NCBI RefSeq assembly: GCF_963921235.1
Contig: NC_086107.1
Location: forward strand, 110,920,001-110,984,000
Length of the DNA stretch: 64,000 nucleotides
Reading direction: 5' to 3'
From: Mobula hypostoma
Lineage: Eukaryota
The notes beneath the pieces are model-generated. The model was not told the origin of the DNA. It did no database searches and worked only from the letters and a program-made list of their open reading frames with translations. Positions 1 through 12,385 of this stretch are shown here, piece after piece (position 1 is the stretch's first letter; each line of letters begins with the position of its first letter). Position numbers and translations under genes: made by a program.

Positions 1-245
1 ATGGGTTCGAGTCTCGGCCAAGGCAGCGTGTTGTGTCTTTGAGCAAGGCACTTAACCACACAGTGCTACAGTCCACCCAGCTGAAAAGGGGTACTGGCAA
101 ATGCTGGGGGTTAACCTCGCGATAGACTGGCGTCCTATCCGGGGGGGGGAGGAGTCTCGTACTCTCAGTCGCTTCACGCCACAGAAACCGGCATAAGCAC
201 CGGCCTGATGGGCCACTAAGGCTCGGGACAGACATTAACTTAAAA
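1..245 (+). mobile_element. tRNA-derived SINE (5' end outside window), same family as 29108-29391
   Basis: B-box GGTTCGAGTC, tgtctttgagcaaggcacttaacc core and shared 3' tail; high similarity to 29108-29391. Confidence 0.8.
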
Positions 246-387
246 AAAATTTTAATAATATGTTCCTGTGGAAGAGCGTGCAGTATGTTTATTGAAGCTG
301 CTGTTTTGTCCTCCCGATTGAATTATTGATACATCTCACGGCCTCAGTATGTTTACTGATCTTAGTGATGAGAAAACGGGGTTCAAA

Positions 388-1020
388 GCAACACACACAA
401 AATGCTGGAGACCTCAGCAGGTCAGGCAGCATCTGTGGAAATGAATAGATAGTTGATGTTTTGGGCCGAGACACTTCTTCAGAACTGAGAAGGAAGGGGG
501 AAGATGCCAGAATGAAAAGATGGGGTGGAGGGGAAGGAGGCTATACTTTACACTTTATTGTCGCCAAACAGTTAGTACTAGAACGTACATTCATCACAGC
601 GATATTTGAATCTGCGCTTCACACTCCCTGGATTACAAATATTAAATATTAAAAATATTTAAAATAGTTAAAATTAGTAAATATTAAAAATTTAAATTAT
701 AAATCATAAATAGAAAATAGAAAAATGGGAAGTAAGGTAGTGCAAAAAAACTGAGAGGCAGGTCCGGATATTTGGAGGGTACGGCCCAGATCCAGGTCAG
801 GATCCGTTCAGCAGTCTTATCACAGTTGGGAAGAAGCTGGTCCCAAATCTGGCGATCTGGAAGGTGATAGGTGAACTGAAGTAGGTGGGAAAGGTCAAGG
901 GCAGGAGAGGATCTGATAGGAGAGGAGAGTGGACTATGGGAGAAAGGGAAGGAGGAGGGGACCCAGGGGGAAGTGACAGGCAGATGAGAAGGAGTAAAAG
1001 GTCAGAATGGGGAATAAAGG
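388..1020 (-). mobile_element. Degenerate Penelope pseudo-LTR fragment interrupted by a LINE 3' end (~543-852)
   Basis: Matches the reverse complement of the terminal region of the Penelope element at 59000-59268; hammerhead remnant is decayed. Confidence 0.7.
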
Positions 1021-1514
1021 GAGTTCAATTCCCGCCGCTGACTATAAGGAGTTTGGACGAACTCCCTGTGACCATGTGAATTTCCTTCCGGAGCACCAGT
1101 TTCCTCCCATATTCCAAAGATGTACAGGTTAGTATTTGTAAGTTGTCGTGAAGCTATTTTGGTACCGGCAGCATGACCACACTTGTAGGCTGCCGCCCAG
1201 CACATCCTCGGACTGTATTGGCTACTGACACAAAACAATGCATTTCACTGTGTGTTTCGATGTACGTGTGACAAATATAGCTCATCTTTATTCCTCAACG
1301 TATGGGATAACCACAAAGAGGAGAAAGGAACTTAGCTCAGGAAATCAAAAAGTGGAAACCTAAGCTGTCTAAAGTCCCCATACTGTAATAGTAATGTAAT
1401 GCATTGTATAGATGAATTACTGCGAGTTTACCTATATGTGGACGGAGTAAAACAAAGGAGCAATAATATTATGGAAGGGGAATTCATGGAGTGCATCCAA
1501 TAGATTTTTAGAAC

Positions 1515-2066
1515 AACTTTATTAGTTACACCTGTTCTTTAATGCAAATATCTAATCAGCCAATCATGTGGCAGCAACTTAGTGCATAAAAGCATTCAGA
1601 CATGGTCAAGAGGTTCAGTTACTGTTCAGACCAAACATCAGAATAGGGAAGAAATGTGATTTCAGTGACCTTGACTGCGGAATGATTGTTGGTGTCAGAT
1701 GGGGTGGTTTGAGTATCTCAGAAAATGCTGACCTCCTGGTATTTTCACACACAATAGTCTCCAGAGTTTACAGAGAATGGTGTGAGAAACAAAAATTATC
1801 CAGTGAGTGGCAGCTCTGTGGGCGAAAATGCCTTGTTAATGAGAGAAGTCAGAGGAAAATGGCCAGACTGGTTCAAGCTGACAGGAAGGCTACAGTAACT
1901 CAAATAACCATTCGTTACAAGAGTGGTATGCGGAAGAGCATCTCTGCACGCACATCATGTTGACCCTTGAAGTGATTGGGGTACAGCAGCAGAAGACCTT
2001 AAATGTACACTCAGCGGCCACATTATTAGGTTCAGGAGGTACCTAATATAGTGGCCACAGAATGTA
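1515..2066 (+). mobile_element. Non-autonomous Tc1-like DNA transposon
   Basis: Tc1 HTH-like peptide MIVGVRWGGLSISENADLL; internal (cactcagtggccactttattagg)-type repeats. Paralogs at 26775, 47471 and 60995. Confidence 0.8.
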
Positions 2067-2300
2067 TATCAAGTTAAGTCAAGTTTATTGTGTTATTTAG
2101 CTATATACATATATACCATCAAATGGGGCAATGTTTCTCCAAACCAGGGTGTAAGGCACGGTAGCACACATATAACACAGAATAACTGATGAATTATGCA
2201 TGAATAACAAACTAAAGTGAATAAATTAGATAATGTGGGGTACAGTTCAAATTATGTGGGGGACATTTCGAATGCGATGTGACAGGGAGTTCAGAAGGCT

Positions 2301-3665
2301 TCCTGCACCCGGGCTTTGGCCCTCTACACCTCTCTCATCCGTGAGCCAATCCAAACTTCTCTTAAAGTTTGCAATTGAACCTGCAACCATCATGTAACAA
2401 AAACATTAAACATTTTGTTGCTAGTTCTTTGATTCAGCAGCAAGAGGTATTTGTAAACAAAGGAGGCTCTGTACACATATAAAAGGTATTTTATTAAAGT
2501 CATATAGTAAAAAAGACAAAATAATACAGACTGATGCAAAACTATGGTCTGATTCAAATGCCAACTCAATTCCATCAATATTATCCCAGAACCACCTGGT
2601 ACAGGGCTAACACTCCCTTTACTGACTTTTTCTTCCTTAAGTTATCTACAGATATGACATTTATTTAATTATTGAAAGATACAGTGTGGCCCGACGAGCT
2701 GTGCTGCCCCAGAAACCCCCAATTCAACCCTAGCCTAATCGTGGGACAATTTACGGTGACCGGTACATGACTGTACCGTGGGAGGAAATCAGAGCACCCG
2801 GCGGAAACCCACACATTCCATGGGGAGGACATGCAGACTCCTTACAGATGACGTCGGATTTGAACTCTGAACTCCGTCTCTCTGAGGTGTAATAGCGTCG
2901 CACTAACTGCTATGTTACCATGGCGCCCATCTCCCAGCTTTGCCCAAGCTCTCATTCTCCCTACTTGTTAATATTTTAGTCATACTTCCCCAGTTTTAAA
3001 ATTCTGTCCAATCTTTTGCCCTGCCACCTGTCTTTGAGCAATTACACATCTTTCAAATTGATGCTGTTTTTAACTTGTTTAGTTAATTGTGAATGGTGAG
3101 TACTCCTCTTAGAATGTTTTTTTCTTGTTGAACTGTATCTGCTTAGTGTGTACGCTGTAAGATCACCTAACATCTCAGCCACAGCATCAAGATGCTATCC
3201 CTTAATCTAATTTTCCAGTTCATTTTATCCAGCTCAAGTCAAGTCAAGTTTATTGTCATTTAACTATATTCATCTGCAGTATATAATGTATATAATCCTA
3301 TAATGTATATAAGAATGAGACAACGTTTCTCTGAACCGGGGTGTAAAACTCTGTGGTACACATAACACACAATAACTTATGAAGGTAAAGATAAAATCTA
3401 CAGATGAAGTAGCGAACTAAAGTGCATAAATTAAATATTGTAAGATACGGAACAGTTTAACCAGTGACACTTCGAATACGATGCGACAGGGAGTTCAGAA
3501 GCCTAATGGCTTGAGGGAAGAATCTGTTCCCCATCCTGACCGTTCTTGTCTTTACGCATCGGAGTCTCCTGCCTGATGGTAGAAAGTCAAAGAGGATGCT
3601 GGGTGGATGGGTGGGATCCTTGGTAATATTAAGGGCCCAGCATACACAGCACTCCTGATAAATGT
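2301..3665. repeat. Left arm of ~1.35-kb inverted duplication
   Basis: Reverse complement of 6616-7946, including unique DNA, a SINE and a LINE tail. 3121-3240 differs from its partner at about 2 positions. Confidence 0.9.
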
Positions 3666-4140
3666 CCCCAATGGATGGTAGGGAGACCCCCTGTGATCCT
3701 CTCAGCTGTTCTCTCAGTCCTTTGTAGGGACTTCCAGTCCGATGCTCTGCTGCTCCCATAGCAGATGGAGAGGCAACTTGTCAGGACGCTCCCAATGGTG
3801 TTCCTGTAAAACTCAGTTAAGATTGGTGGGGGGAGCCTTGCTTGCCTCAACTTCCTAAGGAAGTGGAGAAGCTTCCGTACCTTCTTGTTCAGGGAGGCGA
3901 TATTGATGGATCAGCTGAGGTCATCCGTGATGTGAACTCCCAGGAACTCGGTGCACTTACCCCTCTCTACGGAGATGCCTTGTATTCGCTGGGGGGGGGG
4001 ATGGTTCATCTGCACTTTTCTGAAGCCCACAGTGATCTCCTTGGTCTTCTCCACGTTCATACCTAGGCAGCTGTTCTCACACCAGTCCACCAGCCGCCCC
4101 ACTTCCTCTCTGTTGTTGATGAGGCCAACCACTGTTGAGC
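3232..4140 (-). mobile_element. Rex1/Babar-type LINE, 5'-truncated
   Basis: Frameshifted RT C-terminal peptides (LNVEKTKE..., LPSGRRLR); (caagt)n tail. Confidence 0.85.
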
Positions 4141-4989
4141 CATCAGGGTTATTTTAGTCAACCACCAATGGCATATCCTTGGGGTTTGCCTTTCTTGACA
4201 GGAAGTATTACTTATGTATTCTGAAAGATCCCGTCCAGCACTTACCACTGCATCTTGACTGGCTGATCCGTTGCATAATACACTGTCGATTATTTTTATT
4301 TTACTTAGGGATACAGCATGGTACAGGCTCTTCCGGCCCAACGACCACTACCCAGCAACCCACACTAGCCTCATCACAGAACAATTTACAATGACCAATT
4401 AACCTACTAACCCCATACGTGTTTGGAATGTGGGAGGAAACCCACGTGTTTATGGGGAGAAGTTAAAAACGGCGGTGGAATTGAACTCTGAACTCCGGGT
4501 TGCCCCGAGCGGTGATAGCGTTGTGCTGACAGCTACACTACCGTGGGACCTTAAGCAACAAGGAGGGGTTTAATTAATTATCTTGTATGTAGGGTGCCTT
4601 TAGGGAAAAGTGCTTAATAATATCAAATTCGATATCAATGTTTAAAGTGATGTAGTTCATTGTGAAATCAAGATCTTAGTTGAGTGCTGGAGTCATTCAG
4701 CATGCAAACAGGCCCTTCAGTCCATCTTGTCTGTGCTAGACAAGCTCAGTGGACCGGGTGGTATCTAGGGAGGGAAGTTTGCTTTTTCCTCAGTTCCAAC
4801 AAAAAGTCTTTGATCTCCGTTTCCCTTCCCATAAATGTGGCCTGACCGACTGAGGGTGTCCAGCTCGTTCTCTTTCTACTTGGCACAACATTGTGGGATG
4901 AATGGCCTGTCCCTGTGCAACACTGTTCTAAGTTTTATGTTCTCTGTCCTTTAGGATTCCCGTATCCACAGACTTTGTCAGATTTTCAC

Positions 4990-5019
4990 AGGGTGCAGAA
5001 GCGGTTTGGGTGGGGCTGA
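4990..5019 (-). CDS. Putative coding exon (30 nt, phase 1->1): (L)SPTQTASAP
   Basis: Consensus branch point actaac followed by ctcctgcctttctag|. The donor CCT|gtgaaa is uncertain. Confidence 0.45.
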
Positions 5020-5098
5020 CTAGAAAGGCAGGAGGTTAGTTTTGGCAGTGAAGTGCAAGCTACTTCACAGAAACCACAGGAGATGCAAAAGAAGAATC

Positions 5099-5680
5099 TT
5101 ATTACCCCTCAACTATCAGGCAGAAAGTACAGGAGCCTCAGGACCCACACCACCAGGTTCAGGAACAGTTATTACCCCTCAACTATCAGGCAGAAAGTAC
5201 AGGAGCCTCAGGACCCACACCACCAGGTTCAGGAACAGTTATTATCCCATAGCCATCAGGCAGAAAGTACAGGAGCCTCAGAACCCACACCACCAGGCTC
5301 AGGAATAGTTATTACCCCTCAACTATCAGGCAGAAAGTACAGGAGCCTCAGGACCCACACTACCAGGCTCAGGAACAGTTATTACCCTTCAACCATCAGG
5401 TTTTTGAACCAATAGGGATAACTTCACTCGGCCCAACACTAAATTGTTCCCTCAACCTATGAACTCACTTTCTCATGTTCTCAATATTTATGACATATTT
5501 ATTTTTTTCTTTTGTATTTGCACAGGTTGTTGTCTTTTGCACATTGGTTGTTTGTCCATCCTATTGGGTGCACTTTGTTATGTTTCTTGGAATTACTGTG
5601 TATGCCTGCAAGAAAATGAATCTCAAGGGTGTATATAGTGACATATATGTACTTTGATAATAAAGTTACTTTGAACATTG
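5099..5680 (+). mobile_element. Rex1/Babar LINE 3' end with a 70-bp tandem repeat (~4.3 copies, 5099-5400)
   Basis: Unit attacccctcaactatcaggcagaaagtacaggagcctcagg... starts at 5101, 5171, 5241, 5311 and 5381. Confidence 0.85.
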
Positions 5681-6286
5681 AAGCAATGGAAACTTGTCAG
5701 AAAGTTATACGATTTTCATCTCTACGTAATTGGAAATATCAGATGGGGATGTCTATGTGAAGATTTATATGGTATTTTCAGAACAGTTTCTTAGAACAGC
5801 ATGTTCTGGGGCCATTCAAGATTCAAGATTGTTTAATGTCATTTCAGTACACAAGCGTAGAGGAGGACAATATAATTGTTACTCTGGATCCGATGCCGCC
5901 TAGAAAATAAACAATATGATAAAGAACACAATAAATAAGAAAAATAAGAAATATAAATACATAATATAGCTTCTCCATCTTTGAGGACCCCCATCACCCA
6001 GGTCATGCCTTGTTCTCATTGCTACCATCAGGAAGGAGGTACAGAAGCCTGAAGGCACACACTCAGTGATTCAGGAACAGCTTCTTCCCCTCTGATTTCT
6101 GAATGGACATTACCTCACGACTTTTTTTAATTTCTATTTTTGCACTACTTATTTAACTATTTAATATATATATTTACAGTAATTCACAGTCTTTTTTCTA
6201 TTATTATGTATTGCATTGTACTGCTGCAGCAAAGACAACACATTTCACAACATATGCTGGTGATATTAAACCTGATTCAGATATAC

Positions 6287-6348
6287 GTAGGTTGATTGTA
6301 TATCCATAAGTCTGTTGGTACTGGTGTGAATGCAATGTAGCCTCCACC
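6287..6348 (-). CDS. Putative coding exon (62 nt, phase 2->1): VEATLHSHQYQQTYGYTINL
   Basis: Strong acceptor gctctctttttgtccaatcag|, weaker donor TAC|gtatat. Loosely echoes VFEHILSNQQSEFNENLDYT of the 149-nt exon. Confidence 0.5.
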
Positions 6349-7161
6349 CTGATTGGACAAAAAGAGAGCATTATGGGACAGGGCAGGATTACTTTGACAT
6401 CATGATTAGCTGCAATCATAATACGATTGAAATTTACTTTCTCTTTCAGAGAAAGAAGAATTGGTCTACCACTAATATTTTAAACTTAGGTGCATTAAAA
6501 AGTAACATTTGGACTGATGCACGAATAGGAAAGGTTTTGGAGAGATCTGGACCAAATACAGGTGAATGGGATTGCCTTAGACACGTATCTCGGTCAACAG
6601 GAATGAGTTGGGCAGGAATTTGTCAGGAGCGCTGTGTATTATCAAAGATCCCACCCATCCATCCAGCATCCTCTTTGACTTCATACCATCAGGGAGGAGA
6701 CTCCGATGCATAAAGACAAGAACAGTCAGGATGGGAAACAGTTTCTTCCTTCAGGCCATTAGGGATTCAGAGCTCCCTACCGCATCGTATTCGAAGTGTC
6801 ACTGGCTAATCTGTTCTGTATCTTAAAGTATTTAATTTGTGCACTTCAGTTTGTTACTTATGCATGATTCATCTGTAGATTTTATCCTTACCTTCATAAG
6901 TTATTGTGTGTTATGTTTACCACTGAGAAGCATTGTCTCATTTTTATATACATTATAGGATTATATACATTATATACTGCAGATGTATATAGTTAAGTGA
7001 CAATAAACGTGACTTGACTTGAGCTGGATAAAGTGAACTAGAAAATTAGATTAAGGGATAGCATCTTGATGCTGTGGCTGAGATGTTAGGTGATCTTACA
7101 GCGTACACACTAAGCAGATACAGTTCAACAAGAAAGAAACATTTCTAAGAGGGGTACTCAC

Positions 7162-7174
7162 CATTCACAATTAA
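7162..7174 (-). CDS. Putative 13-nt microexon (TTAATTGTGAATG; phase 1->2, (I)NCE(W))
   Basis: gctgtttttaacttgtttag| and ATG|gtgagt. Bridges the phases of 18889-18991 and 6287-6348. An antisense duplicate lies at 3083-3095. Confidence 0.55.
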
Positions 7175-7327
7175 CTAAACAAGTTAAAAACAGCATCAAA
7201 TTGAAAGACATGTAATTGCTCAAAGACAGGTGGCAGGGCAGAAGATTGGATAGAATTTTAAAACCGGGGAAGGATGACTAAAATATTAACAAGTAGGGAG
7301 AATGAGAGCTTGGGCAAAGCTGGGAGA

Positions 7328-7570
7328 TGGGCGCCATGGTAACATAGCAGTTAGTGCGACGCTATTACGCCTCAGAGAGACGGAGTTCAGAGTTCAAATC
7401 CGACACCATCTGTAAGGAGTCTGTACGTCCTCCCCGTGGAACGTGTGGGTTTCCGCCGGGTGCTCTGGTTTCCTCCCACGGTACAGTCATGTACTGCTCA
7501 TCATAAGTTGTCCCGTGATTAGGCTAGGGTTGAATCAGGGGTTTCTGTGCAACACAGCTCGTCGGGCCAC
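7328..7570 (+). mobile_element. tRNA-derived V-SINE (HE1-like). Related copies at ~1020-1290(+), 2660-2930(-), 4290-4550(-), 8550-8852(-), 31415-31670(-), 37740-38057(-), 45815-46090(+), 47130-47370(+), 50050-50232(-)
   Basis: A/B-box-like head followed by the V-domain motif gtgggtttcc(t/g)ccgggtgctc(c/t)ggtttcctccca. Confidence 0.75.
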
Positions 7571-10197
7571 ATAAGTAATTAAATAAGTGTTATATCTGTA
7601 GATAACTTAAGGAAGAAAAAGTCAGTAAAGGGAGTGTTAGCCCTGTACCAGGTGGTTCTGGGATATTATTGATGGAAGTGAGTTGGCATTTGAATCAGAC
7701 CGAAGTTTTGCGCCAGTCTGTATTATTTTGCTTTTTTTACTATATGACTTTAATAGAATATCTTTAATACATGTACAGAACCTCATTTATTTACAAATGC
7801 CTCTTGCTGCTGAATCAGAGAAGAACTAGGAATGAAATTTTTAATGTTTTTTTTTACATGGTGGTTGCAGGTTCAATTGCAAACTCTAAGAGAAGTTTGA
7901 ATGGGTATGCAGATGAGAGAGGTTTAGGGCCATGGCCCGGGTGCAGAGTGAGGGGATGAGATGGGTCAGCATGGACTAGATGGGCTGAAGGGCTTGTTTC
8001 TGTGCTATAACCCTCTATGGCTCCATCACTTTATATATGATGCAAAAAATACGTGGGCCGTAGCTGGTTATTGGGAATCGGAAGGGAGGGGGAACTCAGG
8101 AGAATTGCGATCCCTGGGGCCCTGGGACTGTGTACGATGTTGAAGCTGTGACTGACAAGTCTCCAGTTCCTGACGGACGTTATCCAAGCAGCTTACGTGA
8201 AGTGCGAGGGAGGGAGTCAGTAGATTGTTTTCAATTTTGTAAAATTCTCTAGATTCAGGGATGGTTCTATTTCATTTGGGAAATGAAGTGAGTGAGTTTG
8301 TCCCACCCCCATCAGGGAGGAGGCTATGTAGCATCCATGCCAGGACCACCAGGCTCAAAAACTGTCACTTTCCCCAAGCAGTAAGGCTGATCAACACCTC
8401 CACCCACTAACCCACTCATCCACATCCCCCACCACCGCTACTTTAAAATTTCCTGTCAGAGTCACCTTGCGTGCAGGTACTCCTGTGCCTAGCATCACTT
8501 TATGGCTATATTATACATAGATTGTAAGCTGTCTTATTTGTATTTTTATTTATTTGTTTATTTATTTATTGAGATACAGCGCGGAATAGGCACTTGCGAG
8601 CCTTCGAGCCACGCCGCCCAGCAATTCCCGGATTTAACCGTAGCCGAATCACAGGACAATCTGCAATGGTAGATTAGCCTACCAACCGGTACATATCTTT
8701 GGAATGTGGGAGGAAATAGGAGGGCCTGGAAAAAAACCGACATATACACAGGGAGGACAGACGGACTTCCAGATGACTTCGGAACTGAACTCCAAATTCC
8801 ACCCCCCTGAGCTGTAATAGCGTTGCGCTAACTGCTACACTACCGTGGCGCCTAATAAATATTTATTATGTTCTTTTCATTATTTTGTTCTTTATCTTAT
8901 TGTGTTTTTTTTTGAATTGGATCGGATCCAGAGTAACAATTATTTCATTCTCCTTTACACTTGTGTATAGGAAATGACATTAAACAATCTTAAATCTTGA
9001 ATCTTATTGGATGCAACTATTGAAGAAAAAGACATAGACATAAAGCAAGAAAACTAAATGACAATTAACTTAACAACAAAATATTGGAAGCTATTGTTAA
9101 TGAATTATAATGGGGCTCCTGAAATTATTCCAGGTATTCAGACAGATCTGATACAGGTTTACAAACTATGAGCGGCATAGATAGAATAGATTCACAGGGT
9201 AGAAATGTCTAATACCAAAGGGCATTCATTGAAGGTGAGAGGGGGTAGGTTCAAAGGGGGATGTGAGGGGCAAATTTTTTACATAGAGATTGGTGGGGGC
9301 CTGGATTGCGCTTGCCTGGGGTGCTGATAGAAGCAAATACATTAGGAGATGTTCAGGTACGCACATGAATGTGCAAGAGCCATTAAACACTGTCGTAGGA
9401 AACATGAACTGCTGCCTTAGGAAAGCAGCATCCATCGTCAGAGATCCCCGCCACCAGGCCTTGCTCTTTTCTCATTGCTGCCATCAGGTAGGAGGTATAA
9501 GTTCCTTAGGAACCACCAGGTTCAAGAACAGTTGCTACCCCTCAACCATCAGGCTCTTAAACAAAAGGGGATACCTACACTCTCGCCCATCCATTGAGAT
9601 GTTTCCCACAACCACTGATCACATTTTAAGGATTCTTTATCTTGTTGTCTCATGTTCTCGTTATTTATTGCTATTTATTTATATCTGCATTTGCAGTTTG
9701 TTGTCTTTGGCATTCTGATTGATCCTGTTATAGCTACGATTCTATAGATTTTCTGAGTATGCCCATAGGAAAATGAATCTCAGGGTTGTATGTGGTGACA
9801 TATGTGTACTTTGATAATTACATTTATTTTGAACTTTGAACTTTGAAATGGAAAATTATGGACATTGTGTAGGCAGAAGGGATTAGCTTAGTTGGCTATT
9901 TGATTACAAATTTAATTGGCTTGGCACAGCAATGTGGGCCATATGGCCAGTTCCTGTGCTGTACTGTTCTATATTTTGTGAAAAATGATTTGTATTTCAC
10001 CAATTTATTATAGGTCTTTAAATAAGTAATTATGATACAGAGAAATAGTGGCTGTACTGTACTTAGATTTCCAGAAGGAATTTGATAAGCGGCTGCATCT
10101 AAGCTTATTACAGAAAGTAAAAGGTCAGGGTTTAGGAGATAACATATTGGTGTGGAAGGAAGACCGGCTGGCTAACTGCAAAAAAATGCTATTTTCT

Positions 10198-11093
10198 TGT
10201 AGTTTAACTCTTTCTATACTTACATAAGTTTTTATATAATCGTTTATATGTGTATAGTTGTGGAATTTTTAAATGAGCTTCCAGTAATTGTAGTATAGCT
10301 GATTGATTCTGTTTTTTTTTGGAAATTTGTCTGCAGCCTGTGTCACTGAACCTGATTATTTCATAGTTTGTTCCTCTTACTGGAACGTCCTTTATCTGTC
10401 TGGCTTATATAAGGTGACTACGGTGTCCTTGTCCTTTTTTTATTTTAATTCTTTGTTCTAATATAACATCGAACAAAACACCGGTAATTACCAAGTTTTA
10501 TGCCTCATTCTTGACTTAAAGTCAAAGACTCATAGAAAAGTACAGCACAAAAACAAGCCCTTCAACCCATCTAGTCCATGCTGAACCATTTAAACTGTCT
10601 ACTCCCATCAAACTGCACTGGGACCAGAGCCCTCCGTACCCCTGCCATCCATGTACCTGTCCAAACCGATTAAATGTTGTAATCGAGCTTGGATACACCA
10701 CTTGTGTTGTCAGCCCATCCCACACTCTCACGACCCTCTGAGTGAAGAAATATCCCCTCATGTCCCAACCTCAGTGGAAAAAGCCTGCTTGCATTTAATC
10801 TATCTATACCACTCATAATTTTGTATATCTCTATCAAATCTTCTCTCAATCTTGTACGTTCCAAGGAATAAAGTCTTAACCAAGTTAATTCTTTCCTTAT
10901 AATTCAGGATATCCAGACCCAGCAACATCCTTGTAAATTTTCTCTGAACTCTTTCAACCTTATTTACATCTTTCCTGTAGGTAGGTGACCAAAACTGCAC
11001 ACAATACTCCAAATTAGGCCTCACCAATGTCTTATACAACTTCAACATAACATCTCATTTCCTGTACTTCTAAAGGACCTCTTCACCACAACA
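10198..11093 (+). mobile_element. Probable solo LTR split by a CR1 LINE 3' fragment (10523-11070, minus strand)
   Basis: TG...CA termini and TATA-like motif; the CR1 part encodes LYKTLVRPNLEYCVQFWSP. Confidence 0.55.
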
Positions 11094-11392
11094 TCTTCAG
11101 ATACAACATATATCTCTGGGACAAAATCCCAATAGGGAACATGGTCCAGATTTAGGTAACTCAGGAAGTATTGGATCAAAGTGAAAATCTTATAATGCTA
11201 CCAAGTAGAGCAGAGAGCCTGAGGACTGGGAACACTTCAGAATTCCAATAAGAAGAACCAAGACATTGACAAGAAAAGGGAAGGAACTGTACAAACATAA
11301 TCTAGCAAGAAACATGAAAGACAGATTTCAAGAGCTTTTATTGAAATGTAAGACAATACATTAGCAATAGGTAACACAAGTTCTTTTCAGAC

Positions 11393-11737
11393 TGACCTCC
11401 AAGAGGACCACAACCTTGCCGTAGGGTTTGAAGGCTTGCACGTCTCAATGACCCAGAGAGCTATGTTGGCTGGGGTCAGGGCTTTATGCTTTGGCTCTTG
11501 GTTGGGTTACCCATGCCAAACAGGTCAAAGGGTAGAGGCCATACTAAGAGTGGTCTGCTGGTCATTCAGGTTTGGAGATTCAGCTCAGAGCCAACAACTC
11601 TGACTGGTTAAAAAAATTGCAATGGAAGCAGCAATGAAGAATCCTTCTTTATCTATTTGCAACGGTACGGGCGAACAGGTATGGAGGAACTTTCATTGCT
11701 GCCCAAAATGCCAACGGTATAACGGGCAGTAAGGAAG
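11393..11737 (+). mobile_element. Non-autonomous RTE-related element. Copies at ~16685-17140(-), 40940-41350(-), 54820-55130(-)
   Basis: Four mutually similar copies (agctatgttggctggagtcagggctttatgctttggctc...cccatgccaaacaggtcaaaggg) resembling RTE 5' UTRs. Confidence 0.65.
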
Positions 11738-12385
11738 TTTTCAGACTGAGACAGTAGAAATTTGAATGGGAAATTAGGAAATTGCAAAAATTAATCAATT
11801 ATTTTGTGTGTGTGTCTTCATGGAAGAAGATATTGATAACCTCCTGGATAGTTACAGGGAGCAATAGCTCCAGACTGAAAGAAATTAACAATACTGTAGT
11901 AAAAAGTAAGAATGAAGAGGTAATTTTTCAGCTCCTGAGTAGCTAAAAGGGGTCAACCTCAACAAATTCCATAAATTCAGGGATGTTCTTCATAGGTAGC
12001 AGGTGAGGCACCAGTCTAATTAGACAGAATCAGAATGACGTTTGATACTACGGGAATATGCCATGATATTTGTTGTTTTGTGGCAGCAGTATATTGCAAT
12101 ACATCATAATAAAAACTATAAATTACAATAAGAAGTGTATATATAAAAATAAACAAGGAGTGCAAGAGAGAGGGAAAATAGTGAGGTAATCTTCATGGAT
12201 TCATTGTCCGTTCAGAAATATGATGGTGGAGGGAAGAAACTATTCCTGAAACCTTGAGAGGCTCCTGTACCTCCTCCTTCAAAGTAAATTTATTATTGAA
12301 GTGTCACCATATACAACCTTGAGATATATTTTCTTGTGGGCATATTCAATGAATCTATAGAATCGTAACTATAGTAGGATCAATG

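Larger units (their letters stand above)
6616..7946. repeat. Right arm of ~1.35-kb inverted duplication
   Basis: Reverse complement of 2301-3665. Confidence 0.9.

Noticed and set aside
185..225. Hammerhead in the SINE tail (gaaac...ctgatg)
   Set aside because: The core reads CTGATGG and the order and pairing of stems do not fit a hammerhead fold.
4246..4282. 37-nt minus-strand exon candidate with strong GTG|gtaagt donor
   Set aside because: The acceptor lacks a pyrimidine tract (SINE tail abuts it), and joining it to the next candidate (340-360) creates a stop. Unresolved rather than excluded.
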